From: Balanoglossus misakiensis
Taxonomy: Eukaryota > Animalia > Hemichordata
Reading direction: 5' to 3'
NCBI GenBank assembly: GCA_040954595.2
Contig: CM082578.2
Location: 773,740-837,739, forward strand
Length of the DNA stretch: 64,000 bases
Shown piece after piece: positions 62,910 to 64,000 of this stretch. The notes under the pieces were generated by a model. It was not told the origin of the DNA and did no database searches. It saw only the letters and a list, made by a program, of their open reading frames with translations. The translations under genes were made by a program, and so were the position numbers. Within the stretch, counting starts at the first letter, position 1. Each line of letters opens with the position of its first letter.

Positions 62910-63114
62910 TAAAGATGGTTGCTCGTCCGTAAGGCAGGTGTATATGGGATATTATTTAAATATTCATGTCATAGGTCATAGGTTATTTCTTTGAAAGGGC
63001 TGTGTCTACGCCGAGGTCAAGGGAAGACAGCTACTTCAATTCGGTTCGTTCCTTCAGGATGAGAGAATAACCACAATTATCCTGTAACAGTAAGGTGTGG
63101 TATAATTTTTATTT
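62910..63114. repeat. DIRS right inverted terminal repeat with 3' extension
   Basis: Complementary to the left ITR; extension complementary to the ICR. Confidence 0.95.
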
Positions 63115-63670
63115 TCAATGTCTTTGGTTAATGTCAGAAGAAGCTTTCCTCCGACTGCTGTTGCCACTACTGTTCCCGGCGGTATGGTAACGTTGTCATC
63201 GGTCAGGTTTACTAAACAGATGATTGGGGGCTGCCCCTTTTTACAGAATGTCCGGGGCATAATGACGTCACCTAGTTTCACTGGTTCCACTATGTAGTCG
63301 GGCATGTCCATGTCGATTGTCCCTGTCACCCTGGTCACGGAGTTCGGAGACAGGATAGTGCATGGAGCGACTGATATGTAAGCCACGTGCCACAGTGGTC
63401 TGGTCCCCTTGCAGCAACGGGACATGCTGTTCTCCCACCTGGAGGAAGTTTTCTCGCTTGTGGAGGATGACCTGCTTGGATCGAAGTTGGTCTACTCCCA
63501 GCAGCATGGTGTCTCCTATTGGGCCAACATATATATTTTCTCGAAAGGCAGTGCTCTCTAACTTCAGGTTCACTGGTCCAATTTTGAATCCTCTCATGGA
63601 CGAGTCTCTTCTGGCTAGGTGTACTTTGACAACAAGCTTTTTCACTCCACAAGTGGCTGTGTGATGTTTT
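63115..63670 (-). pseudogene. pol: Gypsy B pol 5' part: protease C-terminal half and PR-RT linker
   Basis: IYVGPIGDTMLLGVDQL; linker joins RT in frame when the DIRS is removed; DTG motif lost to truncation. Confidence 0.75.
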
Positions 63671-63830
63671 CCGGGGGTCTTCGTATTTTTTGCCCGTCAA
63701 AGGGGGGGGGGGTCATCATTTGTTGGTCCTGGGGGAAAGGGGGTTCTGCTTGATTTTGAAAACCGATGACACAAACTTGCCGACCCCCCCCCCCCCCCCC
63801 CACTTCCAACCGTAAAAACTGAACCGCCCC
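63670..63830. mobile_element. Right end of the same Harbinger-like MITE family as 49667-50484
   Basis: GTCAAAGGGGGGGGGTCATCATT...GATTTTGAAAACC.ATGACACAAACTT...AAAACTGAACCGCCCC|TAA. Confidence 0.85.
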
Positions 63831-64000
63831 TAAAGAAATAAAAAATGCCATAACCAGTGAATGGTCACTCGCAATATTTGGTTTTTAATGTTTACTCGAC
63901 CCTTTAGTCGACAGCCCATGTGGATATACCAGTCCGGTAACCGTTGACATCAATCAGATTAAAATCAGATGTAGAATGTGGCGCCGTCTTTACCTTTGCT

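Larger units (their letters stand above)
58040..63114 (+). mobile_element. Full-length DIRS1-type tyrosine-recombinase retrotransposon (decayed)
   Basis: Inverted terminal repeats, internal complementary region, gag-like ORF, RT/RH/methyltransferase-like ORF and YR ORF; ATT...TTT boundaries without a conventional TSD. Confidence 0.96.
53250..63670 (-). mobile_element. Gypsy/Ty3 LTR retrotransposon B, internal part without LTRs, interrupted by a DIRS element
   Basis: PR-RT-RH-INT order on the minus strand, plus an extra 3' ORF. Confidence 0.93.

Overview
Repeat-rich eukaryotic (metazoan, probably marine invertebrate; inference from TE families and GT-AG introns) DNA with no intact host protein-coding gene that I can support. 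From left to right: a 3'-truncated Gypsy element (5' LTR, tRNA-Leu PBS, gag, -1 frameshift signal, protease), an L2 LINE 3' end, and a spliced C14orf93-like pseudogene. Next is a ~12 kb satellite (14.4-26.6 kb) whose monomer grows from 74 to 78, 82 and 87 bp along the array and forms higher-order repeats. It is followed by a ~25 kb inverted duplication (arms 26.6-36.3 and 42.6-51.9 kb) in which each arm contains two nested inverted-repeat pairs. The innermost pair brackets a highly conserved, structured, non-coding ~527-nt segment with conserved splice sites, which resembles a circular-RNA cassette and is the most unusual feature. The window ends with a minus-strand Gypsy element (PHD-finger integrase, extra downstream ORF) interrupted by a full-length but decayed DIRS1-type tyrosine-recombinase retrotransposon. 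All identities were judged by eye; no alignments or database searches were run.
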